The position numbers were made by a program, and so were the translations under genes. DNA of 63,215 nt, filler included, from Octopus bimaculoides (Eukaryota), in the NCBI RefSeq assembly GCF_001194135.2. It is 7 parts of 6 records of this genome, joined end to end, with 100 filler letters (N's around TTAATTAATTAA, not from the genome) between each part and the next. Parts side by side here need not be neighbours in the genome. Positions count along the whole stretch, not along the records: positions 19,724 to 30,015 come from NC_068983.1; positions 30,116 to 37,159 come from NC_069008.1; positions 37,260 to 42,420 come from NC_069006.1; 4 more parts are not named here. One strand, written 5' to 3'. Positions 25,863 through 37,670 of the stretch are shown piece by piece; positions within the stretch are counted from its first letter, which is position 1, and each line of letters begins with the position of its first letter. The notes beneath the pieces were generated by a model. It was not told the DNA's origin. It saw only the letters and a list, made by a program, of their open reading frames with translations, and searched no databases.

Positions 25863-26577
25863 GCCTATATTAATACCATTTGATCATAGTCTACACGCGT
25901 ACACTCACATAAGTATAAGTGTATATATATATATATATATATATATNNNNNNNNNNNNNNNNNNNNNNNNNNNNNNNNNNNNNNNNNNNNNNNNNNNNNN
26001 NNNNNNNNNNNNNNNNNNNNNNNNNNNNNNNNNNNNNNNNNNNNNNNNNNNNNNNNNNNNNNNNNNNNNNNNNNNNNNNNNNNNNNNNNNNNNNNNNNNN
26101 NNNNNNNNNNNNNNNNNNNNNNNNNNNNNNNNNNNNNNNNNNNNNNNNNNNNNNNNNNNNNNNNNNNNNNNNNNNNNNNNNNNNNNNNNNNNNNNNNNNN
26201 NNNNNNNNNNNNNNNNNNNNNNNNNNNNNNNNNNNNNNNNNNNNNNNNNNNNNNNNNNNNNNNNNNNNNNNNNNNNNNNNNNNNNNNNNNNNNNNNNNNN
26301 NNNNNNNNNNNNNNNNNNNNNNNNNNNNNNNNNNNNNNNNNNNNNNNNNNNNNNNNNNNNNNNNNNNNNNNNNNNNNNNNNNNNNNNNNNNNNNNNNNNN
26401 NNNNNNNNNNNNNNNNNNNNNNNNNNNNNNNNNNNNNNNNNNNNNNNNNNNNNNNNNNNNNNNNNNNNNNNNNNNNNNNNNNNNNNNNNNNNNNNNNNNN
26501 NNNNNNNNNNNNNNNNNNNNNNNNNNNNNNNNNTATATGTATAGAGAGAGAGAGGGAGAGGGAGAGAGAGAGAGAGA

Positions 26578-26613
<36 letters not shown>

Positions 26614-27435
26614 TAAAAGGCACAAGTTATCGACGTCACTAAAGTGTCTGAGGTTCTGCTCAGCACCAGCATCGCTAGAAATAAGAACCAGAACAACTCT
26701 TAGCCACGGAGAAGCATTTAACTAATGATTGACAGGGAAGCAAGGTCCCTACAGCAATTCACTAATTCTCATTAATCACTCTCACTCGGTTGCCGAGGGT
26801 TAAAGCTGACTCGCCTTGTCAGTTTTAACACCCTCATTCACTTTAGCGAAGTCTATACCTGTGCCTTTTGGTTGTGAAACTCGTCTGTAGATGCCAGACC
26901 AGCAAGGGGAAGCGGCTGACCTCCCCAGTTCGAAGATTATAATGGACACAGGTTCGTGTCAGATAGCTAGCTAGAGGCGATGGCCTCTTGGAGCTAATCA
27001 ACGGCAGCATTGGTCGTATTTTTGGGGGACTGCCATATTGGCTTGGCGATAACTATTAATATGTATATATATAATGTAAGGTCCTAGTAGAGTATAAACG
27101 TGAAGTATTTCCAAAGAAGCACTCAACCCAAATGCTGGGCTATCAATACTGTCGGTTTCTAGACTAATACCAAAATTTTTCAAGAGTAAAAAATCCTCGT
27201 TTCGCGACGGTAAAACCGTTGTGTAGGTGTAGCGAAGAGTAAAATATAATCCAAATAATAAAACAAAGAAACACTTTAACCGTTTTCTTTAATAATCCGT
27301 TAGAATTGTTTCTGTACCAACTCTGCTTGCAACGACAGTGTACGCAAAACTCGATGGGAAAATTTACGTAATATTTGCGGTTTTAGATATTAGCGTGATA
27401 CTTCTTCAGACTTGCATCAAAAGTGAAAAAGCCAT

Positions 27436-27479
<44 letters not shown>

Positions 27480-28067
27480 NNNNNNNNNNNNNNNNNNNNN
27501 NNNNNNNNNNNNNNNNNNNNNNNNNNNNNNNNNNNNNNNNNNNNNNNNNNNNNNNNNNNNNNNNNNNNNNNNNNNNNNNNNNNNNNNNNNNNNNNNNNNN
27601 NNNNNNNNNNNNNNNNNNNNNNNNNNNNNNNNNNNNNNNNNNNNNNNNNNNNNNNNNNNNNNNNNNNNNNNNNNNNNNNNNNNNNNNNNNNNNNNNNNNN
27701 NNNNNNNNNNNNNNNNNNNNNNNNNNNNNNNNNNNNNNNNNNNNNNNNNNNNNNNNNNNNNNNNNNNNNNNNNNNNNNNNNNNNNNNNNNNNNNNNNNNN
27801 NNNNNNNNNNNNNNNNNNNNNNNNNNNNNNNNNNNNNNNNNNNNNNNNNNNNNNNNNNNNNNNNNNNNNNNNNNNNNNNNNNNNNNNNNNNNNNNNNNNN
27901 NNNNNNNNNNNNNNNNNNNNNNNNNNNNNNNNNNNNNNNNNNNNNNNNNNNNNNNNNNNNNNNNNNNNNNNNNNNNNNNNNNNNNNNNNNNNNNNNNNNN
28001 NNNNNNNNNNNNNNNNNNNNNNNNNNNNNNNNNNNNNNNNNNNNNNNNNNNNNNNNNNGGTGAGCAT

Positions 28068-28230
28068 TCCCGGCCTTTTTTCTTTGATTGCTTCTCGGAG
28101 GCGTTTCAGTAGCTGAGAATAATACAATAGCTGAGAATAATACATCGATTACCCTTTCCAAGGTAATCGATCAGCAAGACACCTTGAGAATTCCAAAAGA
28201 CTGACGCCATGACCTTGCCAGCTGAGGGAA
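28068..28230 (-). mobile_element. mariner transposase catalytic-domain fragment
   Basis: SVFWNSQGVLLIDYL..YYSQLLKRLREAIKEKRPGML; continues into gap. Confidence 0.85.
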
Positions 28231-28319
28231 TGACCCTGGCCTTCTTTGGGGTAGGAGAAGATGTGTGCGTCCACTACTTTGATCGTTCTTTGGTTTCAGG
28301 CTGGTAGTGATGAACCCAA

Positions 28320-28790
28320 CATATTTTTGGGGTGTTTTCTTGTAAAGAATTATTTCGATGTAGCCCATTACTAGGTTAGCAAAAGAAGGTGCAGTATGCG
28401 TACCCATGGCTGTTCCCGATCTTTGTCTGTAGTAATTATTATTAAATATAAAGTAATTGTTTTGTAAGATAAATCTTAGTCCTTCTACTACAAGTTCTTT
28501 ATTTATGCGAGTTGGAAGTTCAAAGGAGTAGTTGTTTAGCCAGAAAGTGATCGCTTCTATTCCTAAGGTGTGGGGGATGTTTGAATAAAGGTTAACTACG
28601 GCGAAGGATACTAGTAGGGTTTTCTCATAGACTGTTTTTGAGAGGTAGTTAAGCATGTCTATATCGTCTCTTATGTATCTTTTGATGTGCTTAAGGAAAG
28701 GTTTTAGAAGTGTGTCTAATACTGAAAGCAGTGTCTAAGACTCAAAGCAGTACCTACCATTTGACTCATGCCACCCAAGGCACACAAGAG
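28320..28790 (-). mobile_element. Penelope-like RT fragment (minus) with an inverted thumb fragment (plus, 28738-28790)
   Basis: LLKPFLKHIKRYIRD..SFAVVNLYSNIPH..NNYFIFNNNYYRQRSGTAMGTHTAPSFANLVMGYIE; plus strand DSKQYLPFDSCHPRHT. Confidence 0.85.
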
Positions 28791-28794
28791 GCCG

Positions 28795-29143
28795 ACTTTG
28801 CTTGTCATACTTTCGAGGTCGATGAATTAGGTACCAGTAAAACACTGGGGTCGATATAATCAACTAGTCCCCTCCCCAAAATTTGGGGCCTCCTGTCTAT
28901 AAGAGAAAGGATTATTGTTTTCATCATTAAGGCGGCGAGCTGGCAGAATCGTTAGCACGCCGAGCGAAATGTTTAGTGCTATTTCGTCTGCCGCTACGTT
29001 CTGAGTTTAAATTCCACCGAGCTCGACTTTGTCTTTCATCTTTTTGGGGTCGATAAAATAAGTACCAGTTGAGTACTGGGGTCGATGTAATCGACTAGCT
29101 CCCTCCACAAAATTTCAGGCCTTGTGCCCATAGTAGAAAGGAT
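28795..29143 (+). mobile_element. Tandem SINE family A (partial copy, then full copy 28929-29143)
   Basis: Family A head and body. Confidence 0.85.
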
Positions 29144-30115
29144 TATCATTATGATTACTGAATTTGTTATTACCGGGACTTTATCCAACTTGTGGTGAAC
29201 GAAAAGTGAATTTGATCCCAGAACCTCAAGAAAATTAAACTAAATGTTCAATACATTTAGCCTAGAGTTCTAGTATTTCAGCTACCTCTACTGCTGTGTG
29301 AGTAATGTGTGGTTGTGTGATTGTGACTGCTGAGTTGTTACAGGCCTTATTTGGTACACAAAACTAGACTTAATTTGAGATATGTTAGATCATTTCCGAA
29401 TAGGCAAACATACTTCAGAAACTTGAGAAAGAAAATCGGAATTTGTCAAGAATCTGGGAAGAGTTATAGCGATTTCTTTGTTGACAATTCCACCGTGAAG
29501 TATCCTCATATATCAGTTTAACTTTGTATCATAATGGAATCATAATCCTGCTAGGATGAGCAGACAAATTGGTTTAACCTCTTCCACCAACCCAATCTCA
29601 CAGCTAAAGATCACAGCCTTAATTAATATCATCGGGAGATGGTCAAATGATGAACGAATTCTGGAAGATCCAATGTCATTCGAGCCTGATATTTGCAGAA
29701 AGAAGATGGGGTGACAAATAGAAATATAGTCTAAAAAGAAAAAGAGAAAAAGAAAAAAGAAAATTGCAGATGGCGTTATAAAGACAAAGTAGATAAAGTA
29801 TAGATGGGCGTGTAATTAAAAAAGCTGGCTTTGCAACCACGTAGTTTCGGATTCAGTCATACAGTGCGGCACCTAAGTCGGTGTTTTCTACTATAGCCCC
29901 ACGCCGACTAATGCCTTGCAAGTGAATTTGATAGACGGAAAGTGTGTGGAAGCCCGTATAATATATATATATATATATATATGAATATGCAGACTCGCGT
30001 GTACTATATCTATCTNNNNNNNNNNNNNNNNNNNNNNNNNNNNNNNNNNNNNNNNNNNNTTAATTAATTAANNNNNNNNNNNNNNNNNNNNNNNNNNNNN
30101 NNNNNNNNNNNNNNN

Positions 30116-30154
<39 letters not shown>

Positions 30155-30628
30155 GTGACCACTAAGTGGACTACTAATGTGCTAGAAGAAGATCACTTAA
30201 AAATTCTCAAAGAAAAATTCAGCGAAGTAAAAACAGGTGGGCGAGACTAGTGAAAATTATATAAATACCTAGGTTATCTGTAGACCATGATTTCACAATC
30301 AACACTTTCTTAACGAAAGTATGTGTTTCTCCTCAGTACAGACTGCCATAACGATTGTAATCCGACAGAACCACGTGCTAGTTGTCTCCAGCGAATGAAA
30401 ACATGTGCACGGGATTCTATTAATCATAAAGAGTAATATTCTAAAGTCTTAGTTTTGGTGCGCTAAATCCGTAAATATCTCTCCAGAAAATAATTTCTGC
30501 ATTGAATTTACCAACTTTGAGAAACGTGATTATGGTTAATTAACTTAATAGGGTAAAAATTTGATATTAATTTATATCAATTGAATACCAGGAAACCAGC
30601 ATATTAAAAGAATCAGAAGATTCACAAA

Positions 30629-30824
30629 AAATTTCCTGAGATTTCAAAACGATTATAGTATATGTGTATATAAAAGAGACCACTAAGTGGACTGCTAATG
30701 TGCTAGAAGAAGATCACTTAAAAATTCTCAAAGAAAAATTCAGCGAAGTAAAAACAGTCCACTAGTGGTCTCTTTTATATACACATATCATAAACTATAA
30801 TCCTTTTGAGATCTCAGAAAATTT
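30629..30824. mobile_element. Foldback element with about 65-bp imperfect arms; left arm end and spacer duplicated at 30151-30236
   Basis: atatgtgtatataaaagagaccactaagtggactg / cagtccactagtggtctcttttatatacacatat, plus outer arm segments. Confidence 0.7.
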
Positions 30825-31019
30825 GATGATTGCTATGAAGCAGGAAAGTATACTAGTCCTTATATATATTTAATACTCGATATTTCATATATTCAATAAG
30901 ACGTTCAATACTTCAGTTCATTTTACTATTTATATTATATATTCTATATTCTATATCCCACATTAATTTTATAGAATATAAATAAAACATAAAAATCAGA
31001 CAGAGCTGGAACTCTTTTG

Positions 31020-31050
<31 letters not shown>

Positions 31051-31893
31051 NNNNNNNNNNNNNNNNNNNNNNNNNNNNNNNNNNNNNNNNNNNNNNNNNN
31101 NNNNNNNNNNNNNNNNNNNNNNNNNNNNNNNNNNNNNNNNNNNNNNNNNNNNNNNNNNNNNNNNNNNNNNNNNNNNNNNNNNNNNNNNNNNNNNNNNNNN
31201 NNNNNNNNNNNNNNNNNNNNNNNNNNNNNNNNNNNNNNNNNNNNNNNNNNNNNNNNNNNNNNNNNNNNNNNNNNNNNNNNNNNNNNNNNNNNNNNNNNNN
31301 NNNNNNNNNNNNNNNNNNNNNNNNNNNNNNNNNNNNNNNNNNNNNNNNNNNNNNNNNNNNNNNNNNNNNNNNNNNNNNNNNNNNNNNNNNNNNNNNNNNN
31401 NNNNNNNNNNNNNNNNNNNNNNNNNNNNNNNNNNNNNNNNNNNNNNNNNNNNNNNNNNNNNNNNNNNNNNNNNNNNNNNNNNNNNNNNNNNNNNNNNNNN
31501 NNNNNNNNNNNNNNNNNNNNNNNNNNNNNNNNNNNNNNNNNNNNNNNNNNNNNNNNNNNNNNNNNNNNNNNNNNNNNNNNNNNNNNNNNNNNNNNNNNNN
31601 NNNNNNNNNNNNNNNNNNNNNNNNNNNNNNNNNNNNNNNNNNNNNNNNNNNNNNNNNNNNNNNNNNNNNNNNNNNNNNNNNNNNNNNNNNNNNNNNNNNN
31701 NNNNNNNNNNNNNNNNNNNNNNNNNNNNNNNNNNNNNNNNNNNNNNNNNNNNNNNNNNNNNNNNNNNNNNNNNNNNNNNNNNNNNNNNNNNNNNNNNNNN
31801 NNNNNNNNNNNNNNNNNNNNNNNNNNNNNNNNNNNNNNNNNNNNNNNNNNNNNNNNNNNNNNNNNNNNNNNNNNNNNNNNNNNNNNNNNNNNN

Positions 31894-31930
<37 letters not shown>

Positions 31931-31941
<11 letters not shown>

Positions 31942-32760
31942 GGGAGTGCCTGTATTATCTATATCCTCTGTTAATACATGTTTGTTTTTTTTGTTTTTAT
32001 TTATTTATTTGTTCATGCGTTTATACTTACTTTCTTTTATGCAGGGGAAACAACACGGAGAATAGGAGAGCGGGTAAATGACATTGGAGGGAACTTAAGG
32101 AAGAGAAGAGCTCATCAGTTCTGTACGAGCACGCTGAGCAGGAACATCGAGGCTCACTCAACAACATAGAAATTAAAATCTTGTCCACACATAGAACAGA
32201 CGCAGTACTTAGACAAATTACAGAAGCTACACACATAATAGAAGATAAACCTAGCCTGAATAGGAAACTGGAATGGAACACTAGCACACACACCCAACAA
32301 ACCACAGCATAGACAATAAATTCCCCATAAACCGATAACAATATGAACAAATTATAATACAATACATAGATAAACAGATGGAATTAAATACTACATACTT
32401 CAGCAAAATTAAATTAAATACAAAAAAAAAACAAAAACAAAACACACACACAAAAGAAGTAAGTATAAACGCATGAACAAATAAATAAATAAAAACAAAA
32501 ATAAACAAACGTATTAACAGAGGATATAGATAATACAGGCACTCCCCATACACACACATGCACTTACAAAACATAGACACACATAGAGGGATACGCATGC
32601 GTAGACACATACAATAGGAATACAAAATACAAAATGGCTGGTAGTTAGCAAGGTGGGACACACGTAAGAAAGAAGAAAGCAAAGGACCACTGATGAGGTC
32701 ACAGAAGTGTGACGAAAGAACTCTGGCCGAAATAGGATTAATGTAATGTAATGTAATATT
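31931..32760 (+). mobile_element. Penelope-like element 3' end (GIY-YIG) with a 5' inverted copy of its 3' region
   Basis: YAGETTRRIGERV, KILSTHRTDAVLRQITEATHIIEDKPSLNRKLEW; 31931-32033 is the reverse complement of 32457-32558; hammerhead at 32684. Confidence 0.8.
32684..32728 (+). ncRNA. Minimal type I hammerhead ribozyme motif, canonical core
   Basis: GGACCA CTGATGA G GTCAC agaagt GTGAC GAA AG aa CT C TGGCC: core CUGAUGA/GAA, 5-bp stem II, stem I of 5 pairs with one bulge. Confidence 0.7.
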
Positions 32761-32772
32761 GTTGTCGTTGTT

Positions 32773-33044
32773 GGCACTCCGTCCAATCAACGGAACAGAC
32801 ACGTGTACCCTTAATGTAGTTCTCGGGGATATTCAGCGTGACACAGTGTGACAAGGCTGACCCTTTGAATTACAAGCACAACAGAAACAGGAAGTAAGAG
32901 TGAGAGAAAGTTGTGGTGAAAGAGTACAGCAGGGTTCACCACCATCCCCTGCTGGGGCCTCGTGGAGCTTTAGGTGTTTTCGCTCAATAAACACTCACAA
33001 CGTCCGGTCTGGAAATCGAAACCGCGATCCTATGACCGCGAGTC
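32773..33044 (-). mobile_element. SINE family C (ggaggcgcaatggcccagtgg..), head truncated
   Basis: Reverse complement of the 36741 and 47901 copies, with an internal deletion; fused to the RTE fragment. Confidence 0.85.
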
Positions 33045-33992
33045 CGGGTCCACCGATTATCCATGAGCCGGACGACGTGTCCAGCCCATCTAAACTTGCT
33101 GCGTGTATATTCTACGATGACATCCCTCACGCCGGACTTCTGTTTGATGACCTCGCTACTGATGTTCTCTCTCAACGAGATTCCAAGCATTGACTTCTCC
33201 ATGGCTCTTTGAGCCGTTACCAATCTCTGCTCTTCTCTCTTTGTTGTAGCCCATGTTTCACTACCGGAAGAACTACAGCTCGATGGACCATATATTTACA
33301 CTAACACAACTGCTTGAGCGAGCGAATGAGTACAAACTGCCACTTTGCGTTGCGTTTGTAGACTATGAGAAGGTCTTGGACAGCATCGAAACCAACGCAG
33401 TGCTGAACTCGCTATAGAGGCAAGGAGTCGAGGCGCAATATGTGCAACTGCTCAGGCAGGTAAACTCCGGATGCACCACCGACATAATTCTGCTGTCATC
33501 ACCCGTACGAATGCCTGTCGAGAAGGGAGTGAAGCGAGGGGATGCGATCTCTCCAAAACTTTTCACTGCATGTCTCGATCAGATCATCAGAGGCATCGAC
33601 TGGCAAGGCGGTGTCAACATCAATGGCGAGCTACTCACCCACCTCTGTTTCACTGATGACATCGTAATCATCGCTGAAACACGGATCAGCTTCAGACCAT
33701 GCTGACAGAGCTCGACATCAAAAGCCCTGAAGTAGGTCTCAAGATAAACTGCATGAAAACGAAGTTCATGCGGTCCGACAACGTGCCAACAGGTCCAATG
33801 TTGGTCGGCAGTGACGAAATAGAGGAGGTAAAGGAATATGTCTACGTGTGCCGAGACATCGAAAAGGAAATCTCGCGGAGAATAAGGGCCGGATGGAAGG
33901 CGTTTAATGGCATAAGGCATGAGCTCAAGGAAAGGTTGGACAGGACCACCCGCACCAACCTCATATATAGCACAGTTCTATCTGCAATATAT
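33045..33992. mobile_element. RTE-clade LINE with 5' inversion (33045-33266 minus; 33264-33992 plus)
   Basis: Plus: RKNYSSMDHIFTL..FVDYEKVLDSIE..GVKRGDAISPKLF..HLCFTDDIVI..GLKINCMKTK..TVLSAI. Minus: GSETWATTKREEQRLVTAQRAME..KFRWAGHVVR. Confidence 0.85.
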
Positions 33993-34109
33993 ANNNNNNN
34001 NNNNNNNNNNNNNNNNNNNNNNNNNNNNNNNNNNNNNNNNNNNNNNNNNNNNNNNNNNNNNNNNNNNNNNNNNNNNNNNNNNNNNNNNNNNNNNNNNNNN
34101 NNNNNNNNN

Positions 34110-34146
<37 letters not shown>

Positions 34147-34271
34147 TATATATATTTATATAAATACACATATAGCTATGTATATATGTATATGGATATA
34201 TATACATATATATATATATTTATACATACACACGCACACACATATATAACCTTTATCTATTACCTTTTAAT

Positions 34272-34655
34272 TATTTCAATCATTTGACTGCGGCCATGAA
34301 GGGTTCCACTTTGAAATTGTAGTTGAATGAATCGACCCCAGTATATCTTTTTTAAGCCTGGTATTTATTCTGGTTGTCTATATTGCAGAGCCGCTAGATT
34401 GCAGGGACGCAAACACACCAACACCAGTTGTCAAGTTGTGGTGAGGGACAAGCAGAAACACAAAGACACACAAACATAGAAATAAACATACATATATACT
34501 ACATACGACGAGCTTCTTTCAGTTTCCATATACCAAATCCACTCACAAGGCTTTGGTTGGCCCGAGGCTATAGTTGAAGACAATGGCCGAAGGTTACACA
34601 CAGTGGGACTGAACCTGGAACCATGTGGTTGGGAAGCAGACTTCCTACCACATGG
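34272..34655 (-). mobile_element. SINE family B (CORE-like, ..gttcagtcccactg..gccttgtgagtggatttggtagacggaaactgaaagaag..)
   Basis: Matches copies at 44993, 52965, 53665 and 57618. Confidence 0.8.
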
Positions 34656-35468
34656 GCGCACGTGAGTGTGAGTTCATGTGTCTATGCATGTGTGTATGAA
34701 TGTTTTTATCCCGAAAAATTTCTCTTAAGAGACTTGGTATGTTAAAATCATTGAACTCAAAGACAAAATATTGCTGTTATTGCTCTGTGTTTGTATTTAA
34801 TCTGCAAATGGAACACACATTGTTATTTTAGTATAATGGCGCTTCAAGAGCATATCTTAACTTCATTTATGATGTTGGGAGCCTCTGAATAAATCAGCAA
34901 ATGATTTGCTTATTAGGGCAAAAATTCAGAAATAATTCAGAATCATTGTGGAGATCAAATCAGTTCAAAATACTGGTGTCTGATGATTTGTTGATGTTAT
35001 TCTGAGTGGGCTGCATTCTTAACACATCACGTCACTTGAGAAATGTTCTTCGAGACAAAACACAAAGAAGTTAGAAGTTTTTTTCTTCTCTGAAATAATA
35101 CTCAGAGCAAGCATCGTTCTGAGTTTGTATATGCATTATAAATGGCACACACACACANNNNNNNNNNNNNNNNNNNNNNNNNNNNNNNNNNNNNNNNNNN
35201 NNNNNNNNNNNNNNNNNNNNNNNNNNNNNNNNNNNNNNNNNNNNNNNNNNNNNNNNNNNNNNNNNNNNNNNNNNNNNNNNNNNNNNNNNNNNNNNNNNNN
35301 NNNNNNNNNNNNNNNNNNNNNNNNNNNNNNNNNNNNNNNNNNNNNNNNNNNNNNNNNNNNNNNNNNNNNNNNNNNNNNNNNNNNNNNNNNNNNNNNNNNN
35401 NNNNNNNNNNNNNNNNNNNNNNNNNNNNNNNNNNNNNNNNNNNNNNNNNNNNNNTTATTGTTCCATAC

Positions 35469-35627
35469 CTGATATAGCTTATCAGTCAACATCGAAGAGA
35501 ATAAAATCCGCGAAATGGCTGACCGCTCTTCGTCTTTCAGATGTTTTAATAAACTCTTTGGTAATGAAATATAATCCATTATTTCAGTATCTTCTAATTG
35601 TGGGCCAGGGGATGAATAATTATATAT
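35469..35627 (-). CDS. Internal exon of an adhesion GPCR (ADGRG/GPR64-GPR126-like), GAIN domain
   Basis: Acceptor cttttcctttcattttcctccaccag, donor CAG|GTATGG; 159 nt, phase 0-0, IYNYSSPGPQLEDTEIMDYISLPKSLLKHLKDEERSAISRILFSSMLTDKLYQ. Gap-free match to the GAIN pattern IxLPxSLxxxL-x8-SRxxF-x7-L(F/Y)Q as I recall it from ADGRG2 (ITLPSSLMNNL..SRVQF..LFQ). Confidence 0.75.
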
Positions 35628-36022
35628 CTGGTGGAGGAAAATGAAAGGAAAAAGTGATAAATAAAAGATACTACTACTGTTTCTGTTGTTGTTACTGTTG
35701 TAAATTTTACTTGTTTTAAAACCACTGCTTTACTAAAACATTACAATTAACATAATGGCTAAAACTACCATCACTGTTCACAGTCACTAGCTTATCTCAG
35801 ACACATGAAATCATAGAGGTATGCTGGTCTCAGTAGTCTTTTGCTTTACAGTTCAATGTCTTTCTTGTTCTCGGGAACTCAATGCCATGAATACAGTAGT
35901 ACCGTGTGCAAAACTGTATATATCTCATTTTTTCAACCACTGACATCATTTGCAATTATTTATCCCTGAAACGTTTTGTAATTACAGCCAGATAAACACA
36001 GACACAGACAGACAGACAGACA

Positions 36023-36063
<41 letters not shown>

Positions 36064-36740
36064 GCACGCACACACACACACACACACACACACANNNNNN
36101 NNNNNNNNNNNNNNNNNNNNNNNNNNNNNNNNNNNNNNNNNNNNNNNNNNNNNNNNNNNNNNNNNNNNNNNNNNNNNNNNNNNNNNNNNNNNNNNNNNNN
36201 NNNNNNNNNNNNNNNNNNNNNNNNNNNNNNNNNNNNNNNNNNNNNNNNNNNNNNNNNNNNNNNNNNNNNNNNNNNNNNNNNNNNNNNNNNNNNNNNNNNN
36301 NNNNNNNNNNNNNNNNNNNNNNNNNNNNNNNNNNNNNNNNNNNNNNNNNNNNNNNNNNNNNNNNNNNNNNNNNNNNNNNNNNNNNNNNNNNNNNNNNNNN
36401 NNNNNNNNNNNNNNNNNNNNNNNNNNNNNNNNNNNNNNNNNNNNNNNNNNNNNNNNNNNNNNNNNNNNNNNNNNNNNNNNNNNNNNNNNNNNNNNNNNNN
36501 NNNNNNNNNNNNNNNNNNNNNNNNNNNNNNNNNNNNNNNNNNNNNNNNNNNNNNNNNNNNNNNNNNNNNNNNNNNNNNNNNNNNNNNNNNNNNNNNNNNN
36601 NNNNNNNNNNNNNNNNNNNNNNNNNNNNNNNNNNNNNNNNNNNNNNNNNNNNNNNNNNNNNNNNNNNNNNNNNNNNNNNNNNNNNNNNNNNNNNNNNNNN
36701 NNNNNNNNNNNNNNNNNNGTGTGTGTGTGTGTGTGTGTGT

Positions 36741-37130
36741 GGAGGCGCAATATGGCCCAGTGGTTAGGGCAGCGGACTCGAGGTCGTAAAATCGCGATTT
36801 CGATTCCCAGACCGGGCGTTGTGAGTGTTTATTGAGCGAAAACACCTAAAACTCCACGAGGCTCCGGTAGGGTGGTGGTGGCGAACCCTGCTGTACTCTT
36901 TCACCACACAACTTTCCCTCACTCTTTCTTCCTGTAGTACCTGTATTTCTGTTGTAACTGTATTTCAGGTACCTGTATTTCAAAGGGGCTAGCCTTGTCA
37001 CACTCTGTGTCATGCTGAATCTCCCCACGTGTCAGTGGAGTGCTCAGCCACAGCACGGTAATTCCACGAGCAGGCTGTTCCGTTGATCGGATCAACTGGA
37101 ACACTCAACGTCGTAATCAACGGAGTGCCA
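36741..37130 (+). mobile_element. SINE family C, full length
   Basis: tRNA-like head with A box (tggcccagtgg) and B box (tttcgattcc); 3' ggagtgcca. Confidence 0.9.
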
Positions 37131-37259
37131 CGTATATATGTATATATATATATATATATNNNNNNNNNNNNNNNNNNNNNNNNNNNNNNNNNNNNNNNNN
37201 NNNTTAATTAATTAANNNNNNNNNNNNNNNNNNNNNNNNNNNNNNNNNNNNNNNNNNNN

Positions 37260-37340
<81 letters not shown>

Positions 37341-37670
37341 AAGAAGAAGAAGAAGAAGAAGAAGAAGAAGAGCTTCAAATTTTGGCACAAAGCCAGCAAT
37401 TTCAGAGAAGGGGTTAAGTTGATTACATCAACCCCCAGTGCTCAACTGGTACTTACCGTATTTTAATGTGTATAAAGAACCCTTTTTTTGTCAAAAATTA
37501 AGTTAAAAAAATATGGGAGTTTCTTATATATGGATAGTATTAAAATCCCTTACTAAACCTTTTTTTCATATTTTAAGCCCCAAAAATCAGGGGGTTCCTT
37601 ATACACATTAAAATATGGTATTTTATTGACCCCGAAAGAATGAAAGGAAAAGTTATCAGAACTGGAATTT
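37260..37670 (-). repeat. (AAT)n-(AAG)n compound microsatellite followed by an interrupted SINE family A
   Basis: Direct reading; family A halves at 37372-37455 and 37620-37670 separated by an insert. Confidence 0.75.

Noticed and set aside
29410-29735. Peptides resembling a P450 meander (plus) or YISICHP/AITLP GPCR motifs (minus)
   Set aside because: Similarities are short, frames hit stops, and no consistent acceptor-donor pair keeps a frame open.
36741-36815. tRNA-like genes (also 47901, 50447, 39100-39172)
   Set aside because: A/B boxes continue into SINE bodies; no complete cloverleaf.
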